NCBI GenBank assembly: GCA_016906335.1
Contig: JADEYG010000007.1
Coordinates: 620,001 to 684,000, forward strand
DNA: 64,000 nt
Reading direction: 5' to 3'
From: Novakomyces olei
Taxonomy: Eukaryota
This document shows, piece after piece, positions 39,898-53,491 of the stretch. The notes under the pieces were generated by a model, which worked only from the letters and a program-made list of their open reading frames with translations, was not told where the DNA came from and did not search any database. Position 1 is the stretch's first letter. The number at the start of each line of letters is the position of its first letter. The position numbers and the translations under genes were made by a program.

Positions 39898-42782
39898 TTA
39901 CCGTACAGACCCGTGCGAACTGTCGGGCTCAGACGTCTCGCTTGGACTCACTGGTTCACCCATAGCAGCTCTCACTTCCCTCGCAAACCCTTTACCTTTC
40001 CCGCTTAGTAATCGGGGCAGCTGGCCCGGGCTCAGACCAAATTTCCGGCTTGGCGACCGCGATACTGGCGAGGCAGACGAGTCTGCTTGCTGGCGTTGAG
40101 GCGAGGCAGAGCTTTCCGCTAAAGTTGTTGGCGTAGTCGTTGTAGTATCGACTTCCAAGTTCAAGTTTGGAGTGTTCTTCAATATAGCCGATTTAGCCAC
40201 GGGTCCCGGAGTCCTTGGGACAGTGCTCGTACTGCTACCCACGCCCGACGAAGCTGCCCTGACATTATCTGCCGCAGAAGCATCCTCCTTCACTATCCGC
40301 TCAGGCTCTTGTGTCCTCACTTCCCGGGCTCGTGACAGACTGATCGTCGGCACCCGGCTAGTACTCATTACCGGCTGCGACAAATCACGACCGATACTGG
40401 CCTTTATAAAGGCGGAATGCCATTCCCTCATAGTCTGCCGCGTCTCGTAGGCAAAGTAATGGATTTTAGGTGGAGTAAACATGACTCCTCGAGCTGCTCC
40501 AGGCGCAGGAGGCGCTATCTTAATCACCCACCGACTGCCGTAAAGCAGGCTTTCTATAATCATTATACGATGCGACGTAATATCAATAAGCCCTTTTTCA
40601 CGAATATCGTCTTCCGCATAATAATAAGCCAGCCGTGTGCCTTTTAGTACAAAAAACCTGTTCTTCCAAACGCCATACCGATCGCTCTTTTTACGCATCC
40701 ATCCGTACTGATCAGCGTCCCGTGCTGCATCAAGAGCCGACGTGTTTTGAATGCCTTCGGATATTCCTGTCGGCACAAGCTTGGGTCGGCCAAGTACGCT
40801 TTTCTTTGTTACTACCCTTCTGGCAGATTTCTCACGGGCTAAATCTTCACTGGGATCATTGCTCCGGCTCGGGGAAGTTACGGGTGAGGAAACTGATCGT
40901 TTTTGCGCCGAGTCTGCAGGCGATGCCATTTGTTTCACCATCATGACTTCGTTGCCGATAGAAGACGATTGCTTTTTATGAATCTTGGGCTGCTCATACT
41001 GTGCAGAAATCTTTTGACGAGGTTTGGCTGCATCTTGTGATCCTGCCCATACAGAAACAAACGTCGGCGCCTTTCTCCTGGCTGTTGAACTGCTTGTGCC
41101 GCCTGATAAAATAGACCTGCCCTCCGTCTTGACTGATCTGTTATCCACTTGGTCAGACGCAGTTTGTCCCTGTCCTTTTAATAACCTTTGATGGTCAGCA
41201 AAAGATGGTTGCTTAGTGACGACCTGATTTTCAACCTTTTGAGGAGTCGAATCAGGTTTTTTGAGATCAGCAGACCCTTTCTGATCAGGTTTCTGTATTA
41301 AGGTGGCCCTTTTCTCCTTCTGCTGCTCGGCAAAGGAGTCCACAGCGGGCACTTCCTCTGCAGAATCGCTCCTTGTCCAGGCAGCCAGAGAGTTTGTGCT
41401 CGCTGATTTCGCATGGCCTCCAGCCGGTCGGCGAAAAGCACCCTCAGACTCGCCATGGTCGTCACCCCTGCTCAACAAGGACGCATCAACAAAGCCAGAG
41501 TCAGCTGAAGTTGCGCTTCCATCACTTGATTTAGGTACAGTGTTTGCCATAGTGCCCTTGTCAGATGCGCTGCGAGGAAGGCCCTGTAGCAGCATGCTTT
41601 TATGCCGACGAACCACGGTCGAGTCACGATGAGAATCGCCTTCTTGAGACAGGCTGGCTTCGTCTTGAACTCCAGTAGAACTGCTGGTAGACTCTTTGTT
41701 TTTATTACTGCGATAATACGAGGAAACAGGCGACCAGTCCTGGTCAAAAGAGCTCTGTCTTCGGTGCCTTATCGAATCCCGAAGTTCGTCTGCCGTTGAT
41801 GGCGATGTGAACATGTGAGGTGATCTCAATTTCTGAAACGATTGAGGTCCGGGAAAAGGCCCGGTATTAAGCCGAGGAGTGCTCGGTTTGCTATCGACTC
41901 TGGATACATCAGTAGACGAAACAGCTTCGCCTGCAGAGAAAGGCGATCGTAGATCGTTTATACTAGACGAAGTTCGAGGCGAGCCGAGTACAGTGCTGCG
42001 AAGGTAATCAATACGTCGCATTATCTCAAACCGTTTTCCAAAACTATGGATATCGATCTCTTTTAGGGTCGACAGGTCCAGCTGTACCAAAATATCCCCA
42101 GAGACCTCGTGCTCTAAAAACTTGTTTGCTATTGACCCTAACCCTTCATGTTCCAGGTATTGTGCAACTTCAAGAGGGGTCCATTGCAGAATCGAGGGAA
42201 CATCTGCCCGACTGAATGTGCCCGATACTGAAGTGTCTATAGAGCTTGGAGCGCGATTATGGTGCTCGTTGTCTCCTTTCTCTCCGTCCCGTTCAAAATC
42301 TTCGTCATCTGTAGCGACGCTGGGCCGTTTGTATTCGTCCTGACTGCTCGAGTACTGATCAATCGCCTCGTTTATATCCTCTACCAAAGTCTGTTTTAAA
42401 TTGTTTGTCTCTACTACCGGTCCAACAGGCACAGAAGCACGAGTTCCCGCTTGATCGCTCATCGTATACACTGCTGGGAATAGGCCGATATTGCCACAAT
42501 CGTCACTGCCCTGCCATGCTGTTAGCTCAACTGATTTTTGACTCTTTTCAATTGTCCTTTTCATTTCAATGCTATTTAATATTTGCTACTCTAGTTCCTT
42601 CATTCTTTTGTTTCACCAATACTTGATTGATATGGTTCAAGAATAAATCATACCTCCCACCAGCCGTCGCCGTATCCCTCATCCTTGCGAATTACACGGT
42701 ACCGTTTGCCGCGCTCGAGTAGGAGTTCGCCTTCTTCAAGCGCGGGGAAAGCGTGTACCGCGATGACATACTCTGATACCAT
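39898..42782 (-). CDS. SH3-SAM-PH polarity scaffold (Pob1/Boi1/Boi2 family)
   Basis: Exon 1 (42782-42654), MVSEYVIAVHAF...GYGDGWWE, splices to GSDDCGNIGLFP, completing the SH3. SAM: FLEHEVSGDIL...SFGKRFEI. PH: GWMRKKS...WKNRFFVLKGTRL. Confidence 0.9.
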
Positions 42783-44214
42783 ATTGCTCGGGAGCAGGAA
42801 TTAAACCCACAATAAAAAAGAAGCCGGGCAGCCGATAACTGAAGCGAAAAAAGCGCTTCAAAAGGCACCGCCCTTTTTATATGAGATGCGCTTGCAAGGA
42901 ATATTGTGCCCTGCTTGCACGTACGCTCGTAACTGTAATCGCCCGCTGCTTTTGCTTCACTTGCGCATTGAATTATTATTGTGTTCACGATACGATTGTA
43001 AAACATGCATTATGCACGTCGCGCAGGGTAAACTGGTTTACCGTATCTCGTGATCGGGTTAGCGAGGGAAGGAGTATGTGATGTGTAGTACAAATAAATA
43101 TACTAGTGCTTGATGCTAATATCTGTTTTTTGATACCGGTGTTTATTATGCGATACTAATTATTGTTTTTGTTTTGATATTAGTATAATCTCTTAAATTC
43201 AGTCTCTCATGACATAAACAGGTCTAAAGCAACTCTGACTGACGGCAATTTTGCTCTCTTTTCTCCAAATTCCGTTGGCAATAGAAGAGCTTTTTCATCG
43301 TTTTATTAAATATTTTCTATTCTCTATTCGTCATTCTCTATTTGTCATAGAATTAAAAGTGTAAATTAGACTTGATGACTACTTGATGGCGCGTCCACAC
43401 TAAACGTTTATTAATGAGACAGGAGAGGCCTAATGGAAGAGTAAATCGGTGTACGCAACGGCTTTAATTTTGCCCTATCATGTCTCTCAATTCAATCAGG
43501 CAGCGATTGTTTTGTATGCATTGATCGACCTTGTCGAGACAGGGACTTTTGTCAGCCAGCAGTACAACAATTGCCTTCATCTCCTCTTCACACCCCTACA
43601 TTGTCCCTTGTTCAGGTTCAGCTCGGAGATTCTGGGCAGCTGCTTAGCTTGGGGTCGTGCACAATTTGTTTGTTTATGCGCCTAGCAAGTACATCAATGC
43701 ATTAAAATTTTATTTAGCAGGTTAAACAAGCGGCGACGCTAAAGTATTAAAGTAGACTAATAGCAAATATATTTGAGCACCAATTGGCTCATGGCCCAGG
43801 CCATATACGGACCAGGCGTACTTGTATCCTTATTAAACTCACGCAATTTACAATGCAACATTTAGTTGCCAGAGGCGTACTAAGGAGTAAGTCTACAGAT
43901 TAGTAAGAGTGGTTTACAAAGGTCAAACGGTCAGTAAAGGCCAGAGCTCAAACGCTAAGTCGAGACTCTAAAATCCATTTTATTTTCAATTTTATTTTCA
44001 ATCTAGATGGTGGCTTAAACGTATAAAGCATCGTCAAATCTTCCATTAAATGCAACATGCTTTTACAACAACAAGGGGAAATCCAAGACTTTAATATTCT
44101 CCCCCGCTGTTTTCGTGATTCCCTGTCCGGCAATCTCTCTGATAATCTCCCCTTCCTTCTCACATTTCCCCACATTATCGTTGGATTTCATGTAGAATTA
44201 AATTTTGTTTATAT

Positions 44215-45636
44215 TTAATGCTCAAACTCGATAACAGCACGCTCATCTGCCATTTGTGAATTGAATAATTCACGTAATCGGAACCTTGGGTCCTCTAAAC
44301 GGGCCTTTTCCAGAACTCCATCCACTGCTAGCTTTGCGGTAACAACGTAAAGCACTCGCCAGGCCAGATTTTGTGCAATACAACTCCGGGGCCCTCGGCC
44401 AAAAGCGAACAGGTATTCATTCGGAGGAGCGGTCCCCATCCAGCGAGACGGATCAAAGCGTTCAGGCTCAGGAAATATCGATTCGTTCAAGTGCAAACAA
44501 GTCGAAGAGATGCCCACAGTTGTGCCCTCTGGAATAAAATAGCCTCTGTATACCCATCCGCCCTTGGGAACAGTGCGTGGAAGTCGTAGAGGGTTAACAC
44601 GAGCCAGACGAAGCCCTTCCTTGACAACACCCTGCAGCAAAGGAATCTGTTCCAGTGGTGTGGAAGACTGGGCAGACAAATCATGAGCTAGCTGCCTTAG
44701 AATGTCCTTGTTTTTCAACAGATTAAAGACAATACTGGTGAGAGAATGAGACGTAGAATCAGTGGCAGCATAAACCAAGTCCAATGTCTCAATCGTCGTT
44801 TGCTCCGGCGAAAGAACTTTTAAAAGACGGGCAGGGTAGGATTTGCTGCCGTCGGTTTTATCGTCGCTGTCATTGTCACTTTTGCACGCTTCCACAATAC
44901 GAAGAGCAAATTTCTGGGCCAGAGACATTGATTTTTCACACGCACTCATATCCGTAGAAGCAGCAATCAATCTATTAATTATTCGAGGCATCCAGATCCA
45001 TCGTGCTGGCTCTGCAAACCCGTCAACAAAAGGAGAAAGCGACATTTGTCCCGTGCCACTTTCGTCCAGTGCACCATAACTTTGATGGAAGGCAAAGCTC
45101 GTCGTACTATCAACAGCAAAGGCCCGTAATAATTGCACTAGATCAATTTCTCCCGTTTCGCTTTGACTTGCTTCGTGTAAACGGGCCAATAAGCGATCAG
45201 CTGTCGCATTGAGACGCATCTCGCTGTCGCGTATATTTGAAGCTGCAAACAGTGACTGAACTGCACGCGCCTTTAAATTACGCGCACGCGCTTCGCGTTC
45301 AGCAAACATGGTAGCGTGGCCTTCTACCCAAAACGCGTCATAGTAGGCGCTCTTGGGCATTCCTCCTTTAAGTACGTAAATAGGTGCGACCGCGTCTGCT
45401 TCACTGAGCGATAGCTCGTTCGGTCCGACGCGTACAATCGGGCCCAATTTGGTGTGAAGAGCGCGTAAGGCCATGCCTTGATCGAGCCGCCAGTCGTGAT
45501 ACGCGAGCCATAGATTAGAGACGCGTGCCACAAAAGGGCCGGGTATTCGTGCCAGCGGAGAGAAAAATAGATCATAAATAGCTTTGCAAACGATACAAGC
45601 CACGAGCGAGGCGGCCAGCAATTGAATAGGGTTCAT
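44215..45636 (-). CDS. Cytochrome P450 monooxygenase
   Basis: N-terminal TM helix, PGP, VRVGPNEL, EGLR (ExxR), PERFDPSRW and the heme motif FGRGPRSCIA; intronless. Confidence 0.92.
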   Translation of the reverse strand: MNPIQLLAASLVACIVCKAIYDLFFSPLARIPGPFVARVSNLWLAYHDWRLDQGMALRALHTKLGPIVRVGPNELSLSEADAVAPIYVLKGGMPKSAYYDAFWVEGHATMFAEREARARNLKARAVQSLFAASNIRDSEMRLNATADRLLARLHEASQSETGEIDLVQLLRAFAVDSTTSFAFHQSYGALDESGTGQMSLSPFVDGFAEPARWIWMPRIINRLIAASTDMSACEKSMSLAQKFALRIVEACKSDNDSDDKTDGSKSYPARLLKVLSPEQTTIETLDLVYAATDSTSHSLTSIVFNLLKNKDILRQLAHDLSAQSSTPLEQIPLLQGVVKEGLRLARVNPLRLPRTVPKGGWVYRGYFIPEGTTVGISSTCLHLNESIFPEPERFDPSRWMGTAPPNEYLFAFGRGPRSCIAQNLAWRVLYVVTAKLAVDGVLEKARLEDPRFRLRELFNSQMADERAVIEFEH

Positions 45637-46954
45637 TTTTAGCGCTTTGTTGCCGTAAATATTGTCGGCGCTGATTGATCGTTTTTTATTAATAGAAATA
45701 AACAAATATTAATAATTCAAACCTATGCCAGCACAGCTCCAAGTCGGCAGTCGTGTTTGAATCCGAGTATTTGGTTGTACAAACGTTAGATTTACACGGC
45801 TTGTTTCCTCAAAATGACGCAATATGTCTTGATTCACAAATTGCCGTAATAAACAGCCTCTACAACGAGTATCGAAGGAGACACGTCACAAGACGAAATC
45901 GGTCCACGGAAATAATGGACTGTTCTTTTTGCCTATATTCTTTCCGACTCGTTTTATTGCCGAGACGGCAAATTAACGCGCTGGCAAAAAGTCCCTTACT
46001 CGTCGGCACAGCCAACCTTCACAATCTCGATAGGGTAAATTCGTGAAATACAAGGCGTCCAGCGAGTCCGTCACTAGGCTGAAGAATTAAAGGCAGCTGT
46101 AAAGTGTAATTGCTTGTTTTATTACGAGGCTCCCACCCGAGAACACGTGCAACAAGCCGGATCTGAAACCGATAGCTTATCGCTTCAGTGAGTGTCGGCG
46201 GCTTCCGACACACAGTAAAAGATTGGTTGATCTTTTCAGTTTGAATAATTCGAATTTTTTAATACTCTGTAGATCGCTGTTTTGCATTACAGGGAATTGA
46301 GTCTGAGAGCAGAGTCAAATAAGGAATCCGTCCTTTGCTTGTCAAATCGTCCCACTCAAAGGAGTAGCAATGCCTTCTCCAAGGCTCAGTCAGATAAAGC
46401 AATGATGATGCTTAAATATATTTTCAAGTTATATTGCGCGCAATCATATACTTCTATCAAGCGCGATTATTACACGCGTCAGTGTGCCGACACAATTGCT
46501 TGATAATTGTACCGAGCTGTCAGGCCCGTTTGAATTCTATGTAATCATGTAGGCAAAATATAGGCACGGGGCCCGTGTATATAATGCCATCCATCAGCTC
46601 TCTATGTACGGGTCGCCGATGAGGCGGCAATTGCTTCATAAATGCTCTCGCGGCGTGGAAATAGTCGATGGATTTCCCAAAAATAATCCTGCTCCATATC
46701 GAGCTGGTGGACTTGCTTACTGGCCGCTTTGTCTTTTGCGCCGTCCAGTCTACTTGAAATTTTAATTATACTCTCAGAGCCTTTTATCTAGCAGTCTGAT
46801 TGCATCTATCCCTCTAAACGAGCACGGCACCAAAGTATAACAATGAGCTAAAGACTTTATCGAATCACTGTAGGTACTATGAAATCTAGTGCAACGGCGT
46901 AGTCTCTTCAGGCACGGTCGGAACAAAAAAACTAGTCAAATCAGCATCTAATCT

Positions 46955-49817
46955 TTAAATAACGTTCTGGAATGCACGGTTAATAGGCGAGCGAATAGGT
47001 TTGACACCCTTCCAAAACTCGATAGTCTGTTCTGCGCGCTCGGCAATTCCCTCTGGCGTAAAGTGGTACTTTTTGTAGACGTCCTTGTACGGGCCAGAAG
47101 CACCAAACGTGTTGATACCAAACTGCTCATGGCTGTAACGCTCCCATCCATGAGTGGAGTACACTTCTGCAGACATGATGGGAATTCCGTCGGGCAGCAC
47201 AGACAGCTTGTACTCCTTGGGCTGCTTGTCAAACACTTCAAAGCAAGGCAAAGAGACGATGCGCGTCTTTATGCCCTTCTCTGCCAGTACTTTAGCAGCG
47301 TCCACACAGAGAGAGACCTCTGAGCCCGTCGAGGCCAGAGTAATATCGGCATTTTGCTCTTCAGCCAGCGTATAGCCTCCCTTGATAGCCTTGTCGATAG
47401 AGGAGCCGTGCAAGTGAGGCAGGTTTTGGCGAGTCAGAGCCAAGATAGAGGGAGTATGCAGGGTTGAAATGGCGATGTAGTAAGCTGCCGAGCATTCGTT
47501 ACCGTCAGCAGGGCGCCAGTTCATCATGTTGGGCAGAGCACGGAAGTGAGCCAGCGTCTCAATAGGCTGATGAGTAGGACCATCCTCGCCGAGGCCGATA
47601 GAATCGTGAGTGGCCACGTACAAAACACGGAACCTGTTGAGGGCAGACAGGCGTACAGCTCCAGCGGCATAAGAAACAAAGTTCAAAAAGGTTCCACCGG
47701 CAGGAATCATTGTGCCATAGGACGCAATTCCATTCATGATAGCAGCCATTCCATGTTCACGTACTCCGTAGCGGAAATAACGGCCGGCATAGTTGCCCAG
47801 ACCAGTGCTCTCCGGCTGGAAATCAACAGCAGTCTTCCAGCGAGTGTTGTTTGACCCGGTCAAATCTGCAGAACCGCTGACAAGCTCTGGAATAACTTCC
47901 GACAGCTTGGTGAGAACTGCTTCCGACAATTTGCGGGAGGCAACTGGAGCATCTGCCGGTGTGTAAGTAGGCAGAGCTTTCTCCCATCCCTCGGGAAGCT
48001 TTTGCTCAACTACACGGTTGAACTGGGCAGACAATTCAGGGTGGGCCTTTTCATAAGATGCATACAGCTTGTTCCATTCTTTCTCTGCCTCCTCGCCCTT
48101 GCGAGCAGTCGCGTGGTAAAAGTCATACACCTCGGGAGGGACAACAAAGCTCTTCTCCGGATCAAAGCCAAACTTCTTCTTGAGCTGAGCAGCATCAGCA
48201 GGCTTGAGAGGGTTGCCGTGCACGTCATGTGTGCCCTGGTCGAGAGAGCCGTAGCCGATAGTGGTGCGCAGTTTGATGAGAGTAGGCTTGTTCTTAACCG
48301 CGACGGCTTCAGCTAGTGCCTTTTCAATACCATCATAGTCCGAGTCGCCATTATCGACGTGGATAACGTGCCAGCCATAGGCCTCGTAGCGCTTGGAAAC
48401 GTCCTCCGTGAAGGCAACATTGGTATCGCCGTCGATGGAGATATGGTTATCGTCATAGACGGCGATAAGGTTGTCCAGCTGCAAATGTCCAGCGAGCGAG
48501 CAGGCCTCTGAGGAAACGCCTTCCATCATGCATCCATCACCGAGGAAGGCAAAGACCTTGTTATCAATGATTGGAAAATCGGGTTTGTTGTACACTGCGG
48601 CCGTATGCTTTTCCGCAATAGCAATGCCGACAGCGTTACTAATACCCTGGCCCAGCGGTCCCGTGGTCACCTCGATGTTTAGCTCGGGAATATGATTCTC
48701 CGGGTGTCCTGGAGTCTTGGAATCGCATTTGCGGAAGCTCTTGAGATCGTCCATGGAAAGAGGATAGCCATAGAGATGGTTTAGAATATATTGCAAAGCG
48801 CAGCCGTGACCGTTCCTATTTTCAAAAGTATTAGCAAAGTGCTTGGCTAGGAAATATTTCGACGCACGAGAGGACAAAGCGATCACGGTTGATCCAGCGT
48901 GCATTCTTTGGGTTGAATTTCATAAACTTGTTGAACAAAACGTGGCTGACTGGAGCCATGCCCATAGGCGCTATAATTAATTAGCATTGCTTTGGAAATG
49001 TAGTGCGTCAAGCATCGCGGCAGGCTCAAGGCAAGACAATTTAGGCGTTGGCCAAGGATGCAATATTTCACAAGGACCAAAACAAATCATTCCTCAATAA
49101 TGAACGTAAACACAAGAAAGTGACACGAGAAAATGCCGGGAAACCAAAATTGAAGAGCCCTTGTTCGTTTCCCCATTGGGTACTATGAGCGGCTGTCGAA
49201 CGGATAAGCGTTGAGGCAACCGGATTGTATTTGGGCTCGACGGAAAGATGAAAAAAAGTTCAAGAACAACTCTGGCATAGAGCAGGTTATCCAAATCCAT
49301 TTAATCGTTCATATTTTGACTCTGAAGCAACCAAATAGATCTGCCAAGACATGAAAGATGGCCACTGTAAAAAAAAAGACAATGGCGATTTCTGGCACAA
49401 TTTTATGCAGTACAATCTAGAAATAGCGGCTCAATAGCGGCCTGAAAGAGCAGCGAAAGCAGCAGTGTAAAAGGATGTACGTAACCCGTTTGAACCACAA
49501 TGACGGTAAAAAGTTAAAGCTTGAGAGAACAGAGCGTATTGGACGGATAGCAAGTAGAAAAGGCTCAGACATGGCCTTGTGAGAGTAAAAAGACTCGGCT
49601 CATATTAATTGCCAAGGAAAAAACCACAATTGGCCTTTGAGCACTAAAATTTTCCTTGCAATCAAAGAGCATTGCTCCCCTGATCTGCAAGACACTGACG
49701 CACTATATTGAATAAAAACGTACCTCCGGGATGGCCGGACTTTGCATTTGAAACGATGTCGACGGCCAAGACACGGATAGTGTCAATAGCAAGTTGATCA
49801 ATCGGCCCGTAAGTCAT
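46955..49817 (-). CDS. TKL1: Transketolase
   Basis: SGHPG|APMG across intron 49723-48971, [14 protein letters not shown] and [16 protein letters not shown]; a second short intron near 48885-48817. Confidence 0.97.
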
Positions 49818-50310
49818 TGCTGCGATGGTAAATGTTCTGAGCAAATAGACGGGAGGTTATACGCTCAAGGATGCCTCCCACTATTTCTTTTATCCATCAA
49901 TCCCGCCCTCCTTTAATCTTACTTACACTCTAGCACAAGTGACGCAGCCTTTGTTAAAGGGCCGAGTTTCGTGGCATTTCCTTATACCGCAACGCTGAAG
50001 CTCAGGGTATTCTATAAGCGTTATTTTCGGGATGAAAATAATGTCTCGCATTAACTAGGGTTTTCCCAAACATACGGTTGCCAGGCAACGACCGCGTGTG
50101 TTTACGATAAACGGATTATAACAATCTTGCAAATGAGCATTGTGCATATGCGTCAACGTTACCAAAGTCGCAATTGATCTCGTTGAAATTCGAAGCCTGA
50201 CAGTTTGCACGGACCCGCAATCTTCGAGCTCACCGAAAGCACAGTGCAAAGGGCACAGACGCGAACGAGAGCCACGCGACACTGCCTTGTTGGCAACGTG
50301 TTGATCCGTG

Positions 50311-52367
50311 ATGACTCAAGATCATGAATGCGAGCCACAGATGCTCGAGTTCTTGGAAGGTAAAAGAGAAGCAATCGTGCATGCAAATACAATACTTACA
50401 GACAGGCCGGCTGTATCTAACAGCCTTTGATACTCCGCCGCCGGCCAATTATATGCCACATCTCTACTTTTTCACAGTGGACGATGCTCTCGTCTACAAT
50501 CCTTTTTTCCACGACTTTGGTCCGCTCAACATCAGTCATTTGTTTCGATTTTCGTTATTGCTACATGAAATTCTGAGCGATTCAACTATACACAAGGACC
50601 GACCCGTCGTGTTTTACTCACGCGACGATGCACGCAGCCGGGCTAATGCCGCGTGCTTATTATCGTGCTATATGGTATGAAGAATTGATATAAAAAAATA
50701 ATTCAATATCAAACAAGAATTCAATATAAAACAATAAATCTATTTTCGGTCTCTTTGAAAAATTGCAATGACCTTGTTCTTGATATATTGGCTTAATCTA
50801 CTCTTACGTCTTATCTCTTCTATTATAATTATTATACCTTGGGCCATAAATTAATTTGCAGGTACTCGTCCAGCAATGGCCACCGCACTTGGTACTTGCT
50901 CCGCTGGCAGAAGCAGAGCCTCCTCTCATGCCTTTCCGGGACGCCGGTTATGCTCCAGCGGACTATACACTATCCGTGCAAGACTGTGTATACGGAGTAT
51001 GGCGGGCGAAAGAGGCCGGGATCCTAGAGATTCGCGATCTTGACGTAAATGAGTACGAAAAGTATGAGCGGGTGGAGAATGGCGATTTCAACTGGGTTTC
51101 TCCTCACTTTGTCGCCTTTGCTAGTCCTTCCTGCCCCGGTTACGCTCCCTCCCCGTCCAGTTCAGTTACCCTTTCACTAGAACGAAGCCGGCCTTTGCCC
51201 GCAGCCTTTAACGCAGTACTCTCATACTTTACTGATCATAATGTTAAGCTTGTTGTACGGCTAAACTCACCGCTATACGACCCTGTTCATTTTACAGATC
51301 GTGGAATCGCTCACAAGGACATGTTTTTTGAAGATGGAACAGTCCCTGCTCTTGAGATTGTTCGCGAATTTATCGCTAGGGCAGACGCAGTAATGCAGAA
51401 AGACGAGAACAGTGTTATTGCCGTCCACTGCAAGGCTGGTCTAGGTCGTACAGGCTGTCTGATTGGAGCCTACTTGATCTATCGCTATGCTTTTACTGCC
51501 AACGAGGTTATTGCTTATATGCGCATCCTGCGGCCGGGGATGGTTGTCGGCCCACAACAGCACTGGCTGCATATAAACCAGCACCATTTCCGTGAATGGT
51601 ACTTTGAAGATTTGTACAGTAAGAAAAATCAAAGGGTCGAAGCAGCTGCTGAAAGCGTTTCTCCGTTACTCAATTATAAAAGCAGTGCAGCCATTTCCAC
51701 ACCGACCCGGTCTCCATTGTCAGAGATCAGACAGTCGCGAACTGCTCAGGCTGATAACACGCCTTTGCCCGTACCAACGCCCGGTCAGCCTCGCAAAACT
51801 GCAGGACTAACGGCAAGCAGAGCCGTTTCATCCTCACGGCACACGGTGCTAGAAGAAGAGGATGATTGTGGGACACGGGACGAAAATGCTCTGGACGATG
51901 TCGAGTTTTCAGAGCATGTACGCAATCTAAATGATAAATTATGGGAAGGAATACAGGAACAACAGCAATCGCGAACACGGTGCGTGCAGCGTAAAGCAGT
52001 GGCATTGTTAGACGGAGCCATGGATGAGCAAATGGACAATTATACTCTGGGCCAGGACTTGAGCGACCAGTACCATACAAGCAATGTAGCAGCAATGCCT
52101 CAACTGCCTTCGTCGCCGATAAGGCCGTCGCCTCGAATGCCCAGGTCGGTTAGTGTTTCGCGGATTGCAGAGTCGAAACAGCAATCTTCTCAAGCTGCAA
52201 GAGCTGGAGCCGGAAATGCCCGTGCTGTTTCACATGCCTATGGAGTAGGGAATCAGCAACTCGGGCCGCACAGGCAGCCTTCGAGTCGGACGGCCTCTGG
52301 GTCTAATATTGCTGCGAATGGCCGCATAAGTAAAACTCGCCAGCCATCGCGAAAAGTTGTTGTATAG
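50311..52367 (+). CDS. CDC14: Dual-specificity phosphatase Cdc14/Clp1
   Basis: DFGPLNI, FRDAGY, VENGDFNW and HCKAGLGRTG; introns 50360-50405 and 50675-50861. Confidence 0.95.
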
Positions 52368-52729
52368 AGAAGGGATAAACAAGATAATGGCGGAGAGTTT
52401 GCGTATTTGCATGTGTATATAAACATTGGATGATGTTTATATACACAAAAATGTACCATTTTATCTACTGCATATTGAATAGCGAATGCATTTGATGCCT
52501 TCCACTTTGCTCTAATCTGTTGTGGTCGAATAAATAAGGGTACATTAACCCTAACCCTGTAGATTGGCCAGATTTGTGGATAATTCATTGACATATATGA
52601 AATAATGAATGAATAATGAATATACGAACTATATGACGCTTCTAAGAATATAGCACAATAAGTCATAAATAATATATAATAGAAATAGATAAATTAAAAA
52701 ACAGGCAGCCGACCAGGTAAACTTCTGAG

Positions 52730-53078
52730 ATGATTGAAGTCATTTGGTAAATTTACTTTTCCGTCCTTTTGCATTCTCTAACCGCGTCTAAAGCAACGAT
52801 CGACTAGGCAAAAAGATTCGAGTCAAGGTATCCTAAAATTATTGATATCGTAGACTAATTTTTGTGCAGTGCATGCCCGACGACACCGTAGGCGATTTAA
52901 AGAAACTGATTGCCGCGCAAACAGGAACGAACCCCCAAAAGATCGTTTTAAAAAAATGGTACAATACTTTCAAGGATCATATTACGCTTGCGGATTATGA
53001 AATTCATGATGGCATGAGTTTGGAGCTTTACTATGTAAGAACAGAGTTGGGATGCCGCGGTACTAACTACAGAACTAA
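52730..53078 (+). CDS. HUB1: Ubiquitin-like protein Hub1/UBL5
   Basis: Spliced [36 protein letters not shown]...LELYYN*; three introns. Confidence 0.95.
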
Positions 53079-53185
53079 ATACGAGATACCATTAATGAGG
53101 AAACATGTACAACAATTATGGTTCAAGTAGGTTTAGAGTAGCGCTTTAGTGAATCTTTGTCTAGACTCGCGCTTGATCGATTCTG

Positions 53186-53186
53186 T

Positions 53187-53285
<99 letters not shown>

Positions 53286-53286
53286 T
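53186..53286. repeat. (TTTA)n microsatellite, about 25 units
   Basis: Read directly. Confidence 0.95.
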
Positions 53287-53408
53287 TAATTATCTAGAAT
53301 GATTTGTATGATTCAGAATTTTTGCTCGCTTGCGTGCAAACCTTTTTCGATCAAAAGCAACACTTTCAATTCGCCAGATGCAATGCGTTTATACATTTAT
53401 TGAATCCA

Positions 53409-53409
<1 letters not shown>

Positions 53410-53453
<44 letters not shown>
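53410..53453. repeat. 44-nt poly(A) tract
   Basis: Homopolymer read directly. Confidence 0.95.
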
Positions 53454-53457
<4 letters not shown>

Positions 53458-53491
53458 TATTGATCCGAAAATGCAAAGTCTACATACAGCT

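Noticed and set aside
49270..49300. TPP riboswitch-like string GATTTGGATAA...ATGCCAG on the TKL1 sense strand
   Set aside because: It has an insertion in the would-be P5 loop and no properly placed upstream CTGAGA, so it is not a canonical aptamer.
52546..52558. TAACCCTAACCCT as a telomerase template
   Set aside because: It lies in a short AT-rich spacer between CDC14 and HUB1 with no supporting structure, and is better read as a telobox.
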